The notes under the pieces were generated by a model. That model saw only the letters and a program-made list of their open reading frames with translations. It was not told the origin of the DNA and did not search any database. Of a stretch of 64,000 bases of DNA, positions 8,742-18,051 are shown piece after piece. The stretch is from an archaeon (lineage in GTDB: Archaea > Nanobdellota > Nanobdellia > Pacearchaeales > GW2011-AR1), in assembly GCA_043822125.1 (NCBI GenBank), contig JBDRCB010000004.1, positions 8,647 to 72,646 on the forward strand. The letters run 5' to 3'. How positions within the stretch are numbered: position 1 is the first letter of the stretch; every line of letters begins with the position of its first letter. Position numbers and translations under genes: made by a program.

Positions 8742-10196
8742 ATGTCGAGAGAAAATCAGATTATCAGCGAACGAATGAGAAAAATAAAAGAACTGGAAAA
8801 AATTAGAATCAACCCTTATCCTAATAAATTTGAAAAAACACACACTTGCGAAGACTGTCTTAAACTAAAAATTGGAAGTTCTGTAAAAACAGCTGGGAGA
8901 ATTATGACAAAAAGAGAGCTTGGAAATATTGCTTTTGCAAGACTGCGCGATGGATATGGAGAAATTCAGATAGTTATGCAGAAAAACGAGACACCTGAAA
9001 AAGAGAGGGAATTTTTTAAAAAATTTATTGATGCAGGAGATTTTATTGGCGTAGAAGGAAAAATTTTCAAGACAAAAACAAAAGAAATTTCAATTCTGGT
9101 AAAAAAATTAACAATGCTTTCAAAGAGCGTTCTGCCCCTGCCTGAAAAGTTTCACGGACTGCAGGACAAGGAGGAGAGATACAGAAAAAGGTATCTGGAT
9201 TTAATTATGAACCCTGAAGTTAAAGAGGTATTTGAAAGGCGTTCTGAAATTATAAATTCTATTAGAGGATTTCTAGATAAAAAAGGCTATATTGAAATTG
9301 ATTGTCCCATGCTTCAACCTATTTACGGTGGAGGTTCTGCCAGGCCTTTTGAAACTTCTCTCAATGCATTAAAGATGAATATTTATCTTTCTATCTCTAC
9401 TGAACTTTATTTGAAAAGATTAATTACAGGAGGATTTGAAAAGGTTTATGCAATGAACCGGGTTTTTAGAAATGAGGGAATTGATGCAACACACAATCCT
9501 GAATTTACAATTTTAGAAACAATGTTGGCCTATAATGATTATGTCACAAATATGGATTTATTTGAAGAGATGGTGGAATCTGTTGCAAAAAAAGTTTTAG
9601 GAAAAACTAAAATAAATTACCAGGGAAAAGAAATTGAATTAAAGAGACCTTGGAAAAGAATGTCTATGGTTGAATCAATAAAAAAGTTTGCTAAATTAGA
9701 TGTCGAGAAAATGTCTGACGAAGAATTAAGGAAAAAGATTAAAGAATTAAAGATAGAAATTCCTTTTTTTAAGAGAGGTATCGCAATTGAGGGAATTTTT
9801 TCTGAATTAGTTGAATCAAAATTAATTCAACCGACAATTATTTATGATTATCCTTATGAAACCTGCGGTCTTGCTAAACCAAAAGAAAATAATCCTCAAT
9901 GGGCAGAAAGATTTGAGCCTTTTATTAATGGTTGGGAAATGGGAAATAATTATTCAGAGCTGAATGATCCAAAAATATTAGAGAAATACTGGAAAGAACA
10001 AGAGAAAAATTCTAAACTTGATTCTGAAGCTCAAAAATACGACGAGGATTTTATTAATGCTTTGAAAATTGGTATGCCTCCTACAACAGGTCTTGGTTTG
10101 GGGGTAGATAGGTTAATTATGTTATTAACAAATTCTCCGTCGATAAGAGATGTTATTTTGTTTCCGTTTATGAAACCTGAAAGTATAAAGATTTAA
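8742..10196 (+). CDS. lysS: lysyl-tRNA synthetase, class II
   Basis: N-terminal OB anticodon-binding region, then RYRKRYLDLI, FRNEGID..HNPEFT (motif 2) and PPTTGLGLGVDRLIMLLT (motif 3). Confidence 0.9.
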   Translation: MSRENQIISERMRKIKELEKIRINPYPNKFEKTHTCEDCLKLKIGSSVKTAGRIMTKRELGNIAFARLRDGYGEIQIVMQKNETPEKEREFFKKFIDAGDFIGVEGKIFKTKTKEISILVKKLTMLSKSVLPLPEKFHGLQDKEERYRKRYLDLIMNPEVKEVFERRSEIINSIRGFLDKKGYIEIDCPMLQPIYGGGSARPFETSLNALKMNIYLSISTELYLKRLITGGFEKVYAMNRVFRNEGIDATHNPEFTILETMLAYNDYVTNMDLFEEMVESVAKKVLGKTKINYQGKEIELKRPWKRMSMVESIKKFAKLDVEKMSDEELRKKIKELKIEIPFFKRGIAIEGIFSELVESKLIQPTIIYDYPYETCGLAKPKENNPQWAERFEPFINGWEMGNNYSELNDPKILEKYWKEQEKNSKLDSEAQKYDEDFINALKIGMPPTTGLGLGVDRLIMLLTNSPSIRDVILFPFMKPESIKI

Positions 10197-10248
10197 TTAT
10201 GTTCTACATAATAATAAATTATAAAACCCTTCTTCAACTTCTTTTTTT

Positions 10249-10833
10249 ATGACTCTTCCTATTACACGACAGCAGGCACTTGAAGTTTTGAAAAAATTTC
10301 CGCAGAGTGATACTGATATGAACCATTATTTAGAAAGCGAGGCAATTATGCGAGCACTTGCTGAATATTTTAAAGAAAATGCTGATTATTGGGGCATGCT
10401 CGGACTTCTGCACGATGTGGATTGGGCGACAACTAAAGAAAATCCTTCTGAACATTTAAGCAGAGCTCCTGAAATTTTGAGAGAAGTTGGTTTTGACGAG
10501 GAATTTATTGAAATTATTTTGTCGCATGGATGGGGGCATGAAATTCTTCCTCAGTGGAAAGACAAACAGCGGGAGAAAAAAATTGAACACTGTCTTGCTG
10601 CTGCAGAAACGCTGACAGGAATAATTTATGCTTATGCTTTGATGCGAGGGAAGAAAATTTCAGATATGGAAATTTCTGGGCTGAAGAAAAAATTCAAAGA
10701 CAGAACATTTGCGGGAAATTGCAACCGCGATATTGTGAAAGAAATTGAAACAACAGATTTGAGTCTTGATGAGTTTTTTAGCATCTCAATCAAAGCACTG
10801 AAAAATATAAAAAGAGAAATTGGCTTGGAATAG
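10249..10833 (+). CDS. HD-domain phosphohydrolase
   Basis: LGLLHDVDW (HD dyad) and SHGWGH. Confidence 0.7.
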   Translation: MTLPITRQQALEVLKKFPQSDTDMNHYLESEAIMRALAEYFKENADYWGMLGLLHDVDWATTKENPSEHLSRAPEILREVGFDEEFIEIILSHGWGHEILPQWKDKQREKKIEHCLAAAETLTGIIYAYALMRGKKISDMEISGLKKKFKDRTFAGNCNRDIVKEIETTDLSLDEFFSISIKALKNIKREIGLE

Positions 10834-10834
10834 A

Positions 10835-11026
10835 ATGCCGGGACTAATAATAAAATCAAACATAAAGAAAGTTGTGAAAGAACTGCAAAAGGATAATGAA
10901 GAAGTCACTAGTGTTGCAGAAGAAGTTGGGAGGGCACTTGACAGAAAAGTTGAAGAGATGCTCGAGCATGCAATAAAAAGGGCGAAGGAAAACCACAGAC
11001 GGACTTTGCATGCGAGGGATTTATAG
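10835..11026 (+). CDS. histone-fold-like (DUF1931-type) small protein
   Basis: IIKSNIKKVVKE...VTSVAEEVGRALDRKVEEMLEHAIKRAKENHRRTLHARDL resembles the DUF1931/histone-fold C-terminus (..A...A...gRkTv...Dl). Start moved to the ATG just after the upstream stop (ORF track: 10820). Confidence 0.45.
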   Translation: MPGLIIKSNIKKVVKELQKDNEEVTSVAEEVGRALDRKVEEMLEHAIKRAKENHRRTLHARDL

Positions 11027-11080
11027 TTTTAGTTCTAGAGAAAAGGAAAATAATAAAAATCTATATCCCTTTCTTTTTTT

Positions 11081-11626
11081 ATGAAAAGAATCAAAAAAGA
11101 GAATAAAGAAAAAATCATGGAGATGATTGAAAAAGCAGGGAGTGATGATTATGACACCGAATGGATAGATGAGAAAGGAAAACTTTCTATTTCTAAAGAT
11201 AAAACTAAAATTAAAGAGGGTAAACGAAGTCGCACAGCAGGTGTTAGGTTTGAATTACAAATCAGAAAAGATTTGGAAAATAAAGAGAGAACAGTTGATA
11301 AATGGAATAATAATGTTGATTTAGAAAAAGGAGTTCTTGTGCAAGCAAAGAGGAAATATAACCCTTTCAAGAAAATGCTTGTTGTTGGAACAGGGTTTCC
11401 AGATTTTATCTCTATTAAAAATATTCATAATGAATTATATAGTGTTATTGGAGTAGAAGTAAAGATGAATGGGATTCTCTCAAGAATAGAAAAAGAGAAG
11501 TGTAGATGGTTGCTTGATAAGAAAGTTTTCTCACAAATATGGATTGCAAAAAAAGGCAAAAAACGAGGGGAAATAGTGTATGATGATTTTCAAGAGAAGT
11601 ATGGTAAAAAACACAATAAAACTTAA
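11081..11626 (+). CDS. PD-(D/E)xK nuclease, Hjc/restriction-endonuclease-like
   Basis: GVRFELQIRKDLE ... GFPDFISIK ... VIGVEVKMNG gives an E...D...E-x-K arrangement like archaeal Holliday junction resolvases. It also has an extra N-terminal charged region. Confidence 0.45.
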   Translation: MKRIKKENKEKIMEMIEKAGSDDYDTEWIDEKGKLSISKDKTKIKEGKRSRTAGVRFELQIRKDLENKERTVDKWNNNVDLEKGVLVQAKRKYNPFKKMLVVGTGFPDFISIKNIHNELYSVIGVEVKMNGILSRIEKEKCRWLLDKKVFSQIWIAKKGKKRGEIVYDDFQEKYGKKHNKT

Positions 11627-11650
11627 AATTGATATTTCTTTTATTAATTT

Positions 11651-12196
11651 ATGAAAAAAGCGGTTGTGTTATTATTTTTAATAATTTTAATTTTCCCTAT
11701 GTATAAAGCAATCTGTGAGGAAGGACAGATAAACATTAATACAGCATCGCTGGAAGAGTTGGACAAATTATCAGGAATCGGGCCTGTAAAAGCACAGGAA
11801 ATAATTGACACCAGACCATTCAAATCTGTTGATGAACTTATTAATGTTTATGGAATCGGCGAGATAACTCTTGAAAAAATAAAAGACCAAGGATTAGCAT
11901 GTGTTGAGGAAGAAGAAACTGAAGATAAAGAAGAGAAAATTGAAGAAAAAGAAGAAGATGAAAAACCTGAAGAAAGTAGGGTTGTTTCAAATATTCAAAC
12001 AGGTGCGGTGATTAAAGAAGAAAATAAAACAATGGAGATAATCAAACTTTCTCCGCAAAATATAAAAAGAGATGAAGGCAAAAGTTTTTCATTGAGAAAT
12101 TATGCAAAGTATGGATTTGCAGGATTTTGTGTTCTGCTGATTTTTTTGCTGATTACAAGGAGGAAATTATTTGAAAAAAATGAGTTCGATGAATGA
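11651..12196 (+). CDS. ComEA-like helix-hairpin-helix DNA-binding protein, secreted and membrane-anchored
   Basis: Signal-like N-terminus. ININTASLEELDKLSGIGPVKAQEIIDTRPFKSVDELINVYGIGEITLEKIKD is a ComEA (HhH)2 module. An acidic linker and a C-terminal TM (FAGFCVLLIFLLI) followed by RRK complete it. Confidence 0.7.
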   Translation: MKKAVVLLFLIILIFPMYKAICEEGQININTASLEELDKLSGIGPVKAQEIIDTRPFKSVDELINVYGIGEITLEKIKDQGLACVEEEETEDKEEKIEEKEEDEKPEESRVVSNIQTGAVIKEENKTMEIIKLSPQNIKRDEGKSFSLRNYAKYGFAGFCVLLIFLLITRRKLFEKNEFDE

Positions 12197-12197
12197 C

Positions 12198-12665
12198 ATG
12201 GAAACAAAGGGAATAAAAGCAGTAATGATAGTTGAGGTTATTGGAAAACCACCTGAGCATCTTACTGAAACACTGGAAAAGATAATTGCTGATATAGACG
12301 CTGAAAAAGGTGTGCAAGTTATGAATAAAAATTTAAAAGAACCTGCGGAGATAGAAAAGCAAAAAGGTTTTTACAGCAGTTTTGCTGAGATAGAAGTTGA
12401 AGTTGAAGAAGTTTTATATCTCGCTGTTCTGATGTTCAAGTATATGCCTGCAAATATTGAGATTATTTCTCCTGAATTAATTGCGCTCTCCAACAACGGC
12501 TGGAATGATATTTTTAATGAGCTGACAAGAAGATTGCATGGATACGATGAAGTTGCGAAAATACTCCAGTATGAAAAATATATTCTTGAAAAAAAATTAA
12601 GAGGAGTTTTAGAAGAGCAAAAACCCTCTGAGAAAAAGGGAAAAAAACAATCTAAGAAAAAATAA
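12198..12665 (+). CDS. hypothetical protein
   Basis: The ORF track starts at 12171. The ATG at 12198 lies just after the upstream stop. No motif recognised. Confidence 0.4.
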   Translation: METKGIKAVMIVEVIGKPPEHLTETLEKIIADIDAEKGVQVMNKNLKEPAEIEKQKGFYSSFAEIEVEVEEVLYLAVLMFKYMPANIEIISPELIALSNNGWNDIFNELTRRLHGYDEVAKILQYEKYILEKKLRGVLEEQKPSEKKGKKQSKKK

Positions 12666-13886
12666 TTATTTTTTTCTTTTAAATAAATCTATAGGACCTG
12701 TTCCTGCTTTTTTATATTTTTTAAAATAAAACCAGACTAAACCGCCAACTATTAAAGCCAGCAAACTCCAGCCGATAATTTTTCCTGTTGAAGATTTTTC
12801 GTTTGCAATTGTCTGATTTTGAGAAGAAGGGCCTCCTCCATTTTCTTCGAAGCTTTCATTCGCAGGGGGAATGTAATCTTTTATGAAGTTCAAAGTAAGA
12901 AAGTAATAAGTTAAAATAGTTTCATTATCTTTTAATTCTGCTTTTATATATCCTTCAATTGTGCCTTCCTCTTCGGAAAACAAGTCAAAATCTATTTTCA
13001 TTTTTGAGCCTGCTTCAAGTTCTTCTATTTCCTCAACTGAAAGAGTCAGATAACTGCTTAATTCTTCTGAAACAGACAAAGTGATATCTTTTAGAGTTTC
13101 TTCTCCCAGATTATGCAAATACACAAATCTTGTTTTTTCATCTCCTGTTGCAACAGAAATATTTGATTCAGAAAAATCAAATTTCATTCCTCCTTTTTCC
13201 ACTTCAGCTGATTTATTAGCATAAACATAAATAGGAATTTCGTAGCTTAAATTTGAAGAGGAGAACTTGATTTTTTTCAAAGAAGTTTTTGTTATCCCAT
13301 TTACTTCAAAATTTATTTTTTTTATTTCCCCTGATTTTAAATTAAAGAAGTAATCATCTGAATCTGAAATTGCTTTTTCAAACAGCGACGAGAAAAATCC
13401 CTCAGAGCTGCTTCCTGAAACAGTGTCTGTTTTTACATTGATAGTTATAAGATACGCCTGAAGATTCTGAACCTGAATCGAAAAATCCCCGCTAGTTATT
13501 ACAAACCCTTTGTCAATTGAAAAAAGAGCTGTCTCGCCTTTAATTGTGAAATTTCTTTCCAAGTCAGCACTCTCTGTTTTTCCTCCAATCATATATTCAA
13601 CTTCTTTTATCATCAGAGTGTAATTGCTCTCTGTTTTTCCGAGGAGGGAAATCGCAATATAATAATCATCTTCAATTTTTGCAACAGAAGGGTCTGCAGA
13701 AACTCTGACATGCCCGCGATAAAGGTAAATATTTTCCTTAAGAATCGGCTTGATGAAATTTCCTGATATTTTTGCTGTGAGCATTTCTCCCTGCTGAAAT
13801 TCTGTTTTCATATCCCACTCAACTGCCTGTATTAATGGAAATAAAAATAAAATCAAAATAATCACTGCACTTTTTTTCATATTCAA
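12666..13886 (-). CDS. secreted protein with C-terminal TM anchor
   Basis: Signal peptide (SAVIILILFLFPLIQA), beta-rich body, C-terminal TM (IIGWSLLALIVGGLVWFYF) plus a basic tail. Confidence 0.55.
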   Translation of the reverse strand: MNMKKSAVIILILFLFPLIQAVEWDMKTEFQQGEMLTAKISGNFIKPILKENIYLYRGHVRVSADPSVAKIEDDYYIAISLLGKTESNYTLMIKEVEYMIGGKTESADLERNFTIKGETALFSIDKGFVITSGDFSIQVQNLQAYLITINVKTDTVSGSSSEGFFSSLFEKAISDSDDYFFNLKSGEIKKINFEVNGITKTSLKKIKFSSSNLSYEIPIYVYANKSAEVEKGGMKFDFSESNISVATGDEKTRFVYLHNLGEETLKDITLSVSEELSSYLTLSVEEIEELEAGSKMKIDFDLFSEEEGTIEGYIKAELKDNETILTYYFLTLNFIKDYIPPANESFEENGGGPSSQNQTIANEKSSTGKIIGWSLLALIVGGLVWFYFKKYKKAGTGPIDLFKRKK

Positions 13887-13915
13887 ATAAAAGAAAAAGG
13901 GTTAATAAAGTTTTT

Positions 13916-15757
13916 TTATTTGCTCATTTCTTTTAATTTTTTAAGAACATCGTCTAATTCAGGAGAAGGTTTTCTGATTTTTCTTTCTGAAAAATGAGCA
14001 GACATCTGTGGTCTAGAAATAGGGACTATTGTCCTTGGAATAGGACGCCTGATTGGAATTCTTGAGGACGGAGGCAGGTTGCTTGGTTTAGAAGGGGGTT
14101 TCCCTCTTTTAAATTTAGAGGTTATTCTATACCAATAAGGTCTTATTTTGTCTCTAAAAATAATTCCAAAAATCACAAGAATAATCAATATACCTAAAAT
14201 CCAAATCCACCAGTAGCTTTTTTCTGGTTTTTTCATACAGCATAAATACGTAGAAGAATCACAAGAATATTCTGAATTTGCTTCATATCCTTCGTCACAT
14301 TCAAAAAGATTGCAAGTCCCTCCAAAAGTTTCGCAATCTGATTCTCTCTCATCTGATTCATAGCAACTTCCAATACAGCATGTCTGTCCATATTCTAAAT
14401 CTGACGCAGAAAAAGTTGTTCCGTCGCATTTTTCATTTGAACTGCAAACCTCTCCTCCTTGCTCTGAGCATGTTTTTAGTTTTAATTTTTCATTGCAACA
14501 AATATTCGGGAAAGAACAACCAGTGTATTCTGTTAATTCTGTTCCTCCTGAATCTGTGCAGTCTGCCCTTGACAGGCAATAAAATCCTGCGTTAATGCAA
14601 TCAATTTTTGTAGTTGTAGTTCCACCAGTAGTTGAAGTTCTCGGCCATATTGAATATAGCACAAAAGCATTATTTCTTATGCTTCCTCTCCAGCATCCTG
14701 TGCTCTCGTCCTGTATTTCCAAGAGCCAGTTTTTTGAATTTGTTTTTTGTGAAACATCCTCGTATTTGAACGGGTAAAGTGCAAGAGCAGTGTCGTAAAA
14801 CTTGTCGCCTGATTCGTCCCAGTAAGAACTTGCTTTTTGCATTTCAAGAACATTCTGCTTGAAACCGTCATCTCCAGTCAGAACATATAAAAATGATTCT
14901 GGAATGTATTTTTGGTTTTCTTTTGCCATGGCGATTAAATAAGGAAGATATTCAGAAACATCTTCTTTAAGATAATCTAAAACTAATGCAGCCCATAAAC
15001 TTCCCTCGTATGTGCAAGTTCCTCCTTGAGAAAAGCATGCAGAATTAACTTTTTCTTTTGTTGTTCCTTCTGCTGATGCCTCGCTTGTTTTTTCAAGTAC
15101 ATGAATTACAGGAGAATCTTTTTTCTTAAACAGCAATGATGTTAAAAATCTCTCACTGCATTTTATTTCAAATTCATGCTGATAGCAGGACGGAGAAACT
15201 CTCAGCCACCATCCTCCTTCTTCAACAGACAAACAGCTTCCTGCTGATGAAATTATTTTTTTATCCTCTCCAATAGAAATTTGATAAGAAGAACCAGCAT
15301 AAGTTATTGAACATGTTGTTGCACCAGGGCTTTCTATCTGCAGATACCAGATTAATTCAGGTGGTGTTGATTTTTGCGAGAGCAACCATTCCTGCCCATC
15401 AGTAGTTGAACTTCCAGATTCATGTATTGCGAGAACTGCCTGAGCAGTTGATTTTATTGTGCATCCGGTTTTAGGCCAGCAGTCAGAATCACTTTTCTCG
15501 TCAGAAACTTCTTTTTTACATTTGCCGATTGCAAGCAGAGTGAAAATATTATCTTCAAGAGAAGAGGAACACTCTTCTTCTACCTGGTTCTCAAGACACT
15601 GATATGCTTTGTCAATCTTAGCATACTCGCTGTCAGACTCAGCAATAGTTATATTTACTTCGTCTGTTTCATTCTCCTCTGAAAAAATCACTGGTGCTAA
15701 AAAGATTACTAAAAATAAAATACAAATAAACAACGCCCTCTTTTTCATGATTAACAA
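13916..15757 (-). CDS. secreted protein: alpha/alpha-toroid-like N-region, Cys-rich modules, TM, Pro/Arg-rich tail
   Basis: Signal peptide (probable start at the MKKRALF ATG, 15748). Repeats such as GSLWAALVLDYL, FYDTALALYPF and NNAFVLYSIWP resemble prenyltransferase/terpene-cyclase repeats. Three C-rich modules end in CC (ICCNEK, TCCIGSC, LCCMKK). TM segment WWIWILGILIILVIFGIIF. Confidence 0.55.
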   Translation of the reverse strand: MLIMKKRALFICILFLVIFLAPVIFSEENETDEVNITIAESDSEYAKIDKAYQCLENQVEEECSSSLEDNIFTLLAIGKCKKEVSDEKSDSDCWPKTGCTIKSTAQAVLAIHESGSSTTDGQEWLLSQKSTPPELIWYLQIESPGATTCSITYAGSSYQISIGEDKKIISSAGSCLSVEEGGWWLRVSPSCYQHEFEIKCSERFLTSLLFKKKDSPVIHVLEKTSEASAEGTTKEKVNSACFSQGGTCTYEGSLWAALVLDYLKEDVSEYLPYLIAMAKENQKYIPESFLYVLTGDDGFKQNVLEMQKASSYWDESGDKFYDTALALYPFKYEDVSQKTNSKNWLLEIQDESTGCWRGSIRNNAFVLYSIWPRTSTTGGTTTTKIDCINAGFYCLSRADCTDSGGTELTEYTGCSFPNICCNEKLKLKTCSEQGGEVCSSNEKCDGTTFSASDLEYGQTCCIGSCYESDERESDCETFGGTCNLFECDEGYEANSEYSCDSSTYLCCMKKPEKSYWWIWILGILIILVIFGIIFRDKIRPYWYRITSKFKRGKPPSKPSNLPPSSRIPIRRPIPRTIVPISRPQMSAHFSERKIRKPSPELDDVLKKLKEMSK

Positions 15758-15819
15758 AGTTAAATGTGATTTATAAATATTTTTAAAATTTTTTCTTGAA
15801 AAACTCGCTAGACTATCAG

Positions 15820-17070
15820 TTATTTATTTTTCTCTCCTATTAAACTTTTCTTAATTGTATAGTTAACAGGGTTCTTTACTTTTCTGCAAAGCTCGTCGGG
15901 TGTGCAGATTCCGACTCCCTGATAAAATTCTCTGCAGTTTGGAGGCATGATTGGTTTTCTTTTGTAAGCCCAGGCTAACTGAGATTGGATATATCCTTTT
16001 TTCAGAGGAGGATTGTTTTTTTCATTCCAGTCATAAATTCTTTTTTCTAATTCTTCCTTTTCCATTCCGACAGAACGGAATAAATTTATAAGAATAAAAA
16101 CAGCTCTTTTTCTTCCGTCAGAAAGTCCGTTTAAAATTCTCTGCACACAAGGAGGGAAATTTTTTTCAGAAAGATTTTCAAGCTTAATTATTTTAAAATC
16201 AAAATTTTTCTTTTCATCCTCGCTTTTGCTGTTTTCTTTGTGCCAGTCAAGAGCCTGCATTAAAAGTTCTGATGCTTCTCCTTCTTCTGCATCAGGAAGA
16301 AAATTCTTTATCTGAATCTTCATTGTGTCTGCATCTTTGATTTCAAAAGATTTTATTTCTTCTGGCTCTATAACAACACTTGCAAGAGCGGTTTTCTCGT
16401 GAAGAGAATAAGGTGTTCTGAATAAATGTCTAGGAGAAACAAGAACCAAGTCAGGCATTACTTCTTTTGGAGCTTTGAAATCTTTTATGTATTTATTCGG
16501 CTTTTCCAAATCAGAAATTCTTTCTATGAGCTCTTTTTTCGTCGCATGTATTATATACTTTGTTATTATTCTCGGCCATTCAGGAAACATATCAGAAGTT
16601 TTTATTTCATTGACAAATTTAGGAAAAGCTTTCCACGGAACAATAATATGAAACCCCTTGCTTCCTGAAAACTTCACTCCTAAATTTTTAATTCCATGAA
16701 ATTTTAAAATTCTGATTATTATTTCAGCCATGATTTTCGAATAATCAATATATTTGCTGTCAATATCTACAAGCAAATCCCATCCCTCTCTCAACTCATT
16801 TGCTTGCTGTTCTGTCATGCCTGTGATAATTTTCAGAGGTTCATTCCAGATCTCTTCTGAGCAGTGAAAAGAAGTTGCTCCACGACGAACAAGCTCAAAA
16901 ATATCATTAGGATACTGAAAAGAATCAGGGCGTTTGCCGAAACCTTCAAAATACCTCGGGCAGATTTCCCTTTTTTTGCAGAATTCAAAAATTGCTTTCT
17001 GAACATCAGGACGGGAGTAGTAGAGGTGAGTGATTTTTCTAACTCTCTGCTCTTTAAGTGATTCTGACAT
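15820..17070 (-). CDS. DNA primase, fused PriS catalytic domain and PriL C-terminal Fe-S domain
   Basis: PriS motifs LLVDIDSKY (DxD) and FSGSKGFHIIVPW. The C-terminal NFPPCVQRILNG..GRKRAVFILINLF plus PPNCREFYQGVGICTPDELC resembles the PriL Fe-S domain. Start moved to MSESLKEQ (ORF track: 17145), leaving a 106-nt divergent promoter region. Confidence 0.75.
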   Translation of the reverse strand: MSESLKEQRVRKITHLYYSRPDVQKAIFEFCKKREICPRYFEGFGKRPDSFQYPNDIFELVRRGATSFHCSEEIWNEPLKIITGMTEQQANELREGWDLLVDIDSKYIDYSKIMAEIIIRILKFHGIKNLGVKFSGSKGFHIIVPWKAFPKFVNEIKTSDMFPEWPRIITKYIIHATKKELIERISDLEKPNKYIKDFKAPKEVMPDLVLVSPRHLFRTPYSLHEKTALASVVIEPEEIKSFEIKDADTMKIQIKNFLPDAEEGEASELLMQALDWHKENSKSEDEKKNFDFKIIKLENLSEKNFPPCVQRILNGLSDGRKRAVFILINLFRSVGMEKEELEKRIYDWNEKNNPPLKKGYIQSQLAWAYKRKPIMPPNCREFYQGVGICTPDELCRKVKNPVNYTIKKSLIGEKNK

Positions 17071-17176
17071 AAACAAAGAAAATCCCAAAGATTTATATTG
17101 TTTGTTGTGAAAAATCTTATTCTTTATATTTCTTAAAAACAACAATCCTTAAAAACAGGGTATATTTTTTAGTTTA

Positions 17177-17902
17177 ATGAAGGCTAAACTTGAAAATCCT
17201 GCCTTGCTTTCAAAAGCAGTTGAATTAATTTCAGAACTTGTTACAGAAGTGAGAATAAAAGCCAATGAATTTGGAATGAGTATCACTGCAATTGACCCTG
17301 CTAATGTGGCGATGGTGAGTTTTAAAATCCCAAAGAGTATTTTTTCTCAGTTTGAGGCAGACAATGAAATTCTCGGGGTTAATCTTGACAACTTAAAAAA
17401 AATCTTAAAAAGATGCGGAATTGCGAGCAACCTAATTTTAGAAAGAGAAGAGAATATGCTGAAAATCCAGATTGAAGACAGAATAAAAAGAAATTTCACT
17501 CTTAATTTAATTGACATTGAAGGAGAGGAAAAAAATCTTCCTAATCTTGATTATTCTGCAAGAGTTGAGCTAAACTCCCTCGATATGACTGCATCTATTG
17601 AGGACTGTGCTGTTGTAGCAGACGCATGCTCATTTATAATAAAAGACGGGAAATTTATAATTGAAGCAAAAGGAATTAATTCTGCACGCTCAGAATTTTC
17701 AACAGATGAAGCAAAAATCGATGCTGAAGAGTGCAAAGCAAGATACAGTCTTGAATATCTGCAGAAATTCTCAAAAGCATCCAAACTTTCTGAAAAAACA
17801 ATTCTTCACTTTGCAAATGACCATCCTCTAAGGATAGACATCAGAACAGCGAATATGGAATTTAATTTTATTCTGGCTCCGAGAGTTGAGACTGAAGATT
17901 AA
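17177..17902 (+). CDS. pcn: DNA polymerase sliding clamp PCNA
   Basis: 241 aa. The AVELISELVTEVRIKANEFGMSITAIDPANVAMVSF start, and the length, are typical of archaeal PCNA. Confidence 0.9.
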   Translation: MKAKLENPALLSKAVELISELVTEVRIKANEFGMSITAIDPANVAMVSFKIPKSIFSQFEADNEILGVNLDNLKKILKRCGIASNLILEREENMLKIQIEDRIKRNFTLNLIDIEGEEKNLPNLDYSARVELNSLDMTASIEDCAVVADACSFIIKDGKFIIEAKGINSARSEFSTDEAKIDAEECKARYSLEYLQKFSKASKLSEKTILHFANDHPLRIDIRTANMEFNFILAPRVETED

Positions 17903-18051
17903 TACGAAGACAAAGAAAATATCAATAGCGAGTGTTGGGCTGAGTTGAGGATTGAAATTCTGCAATTTATCAAAACATTTATATAAAGCATTTTAGTAGT
18001 CTTACTAAATAAGATAAAATATACTTTATAATATAAAATAATACTTTTAAA

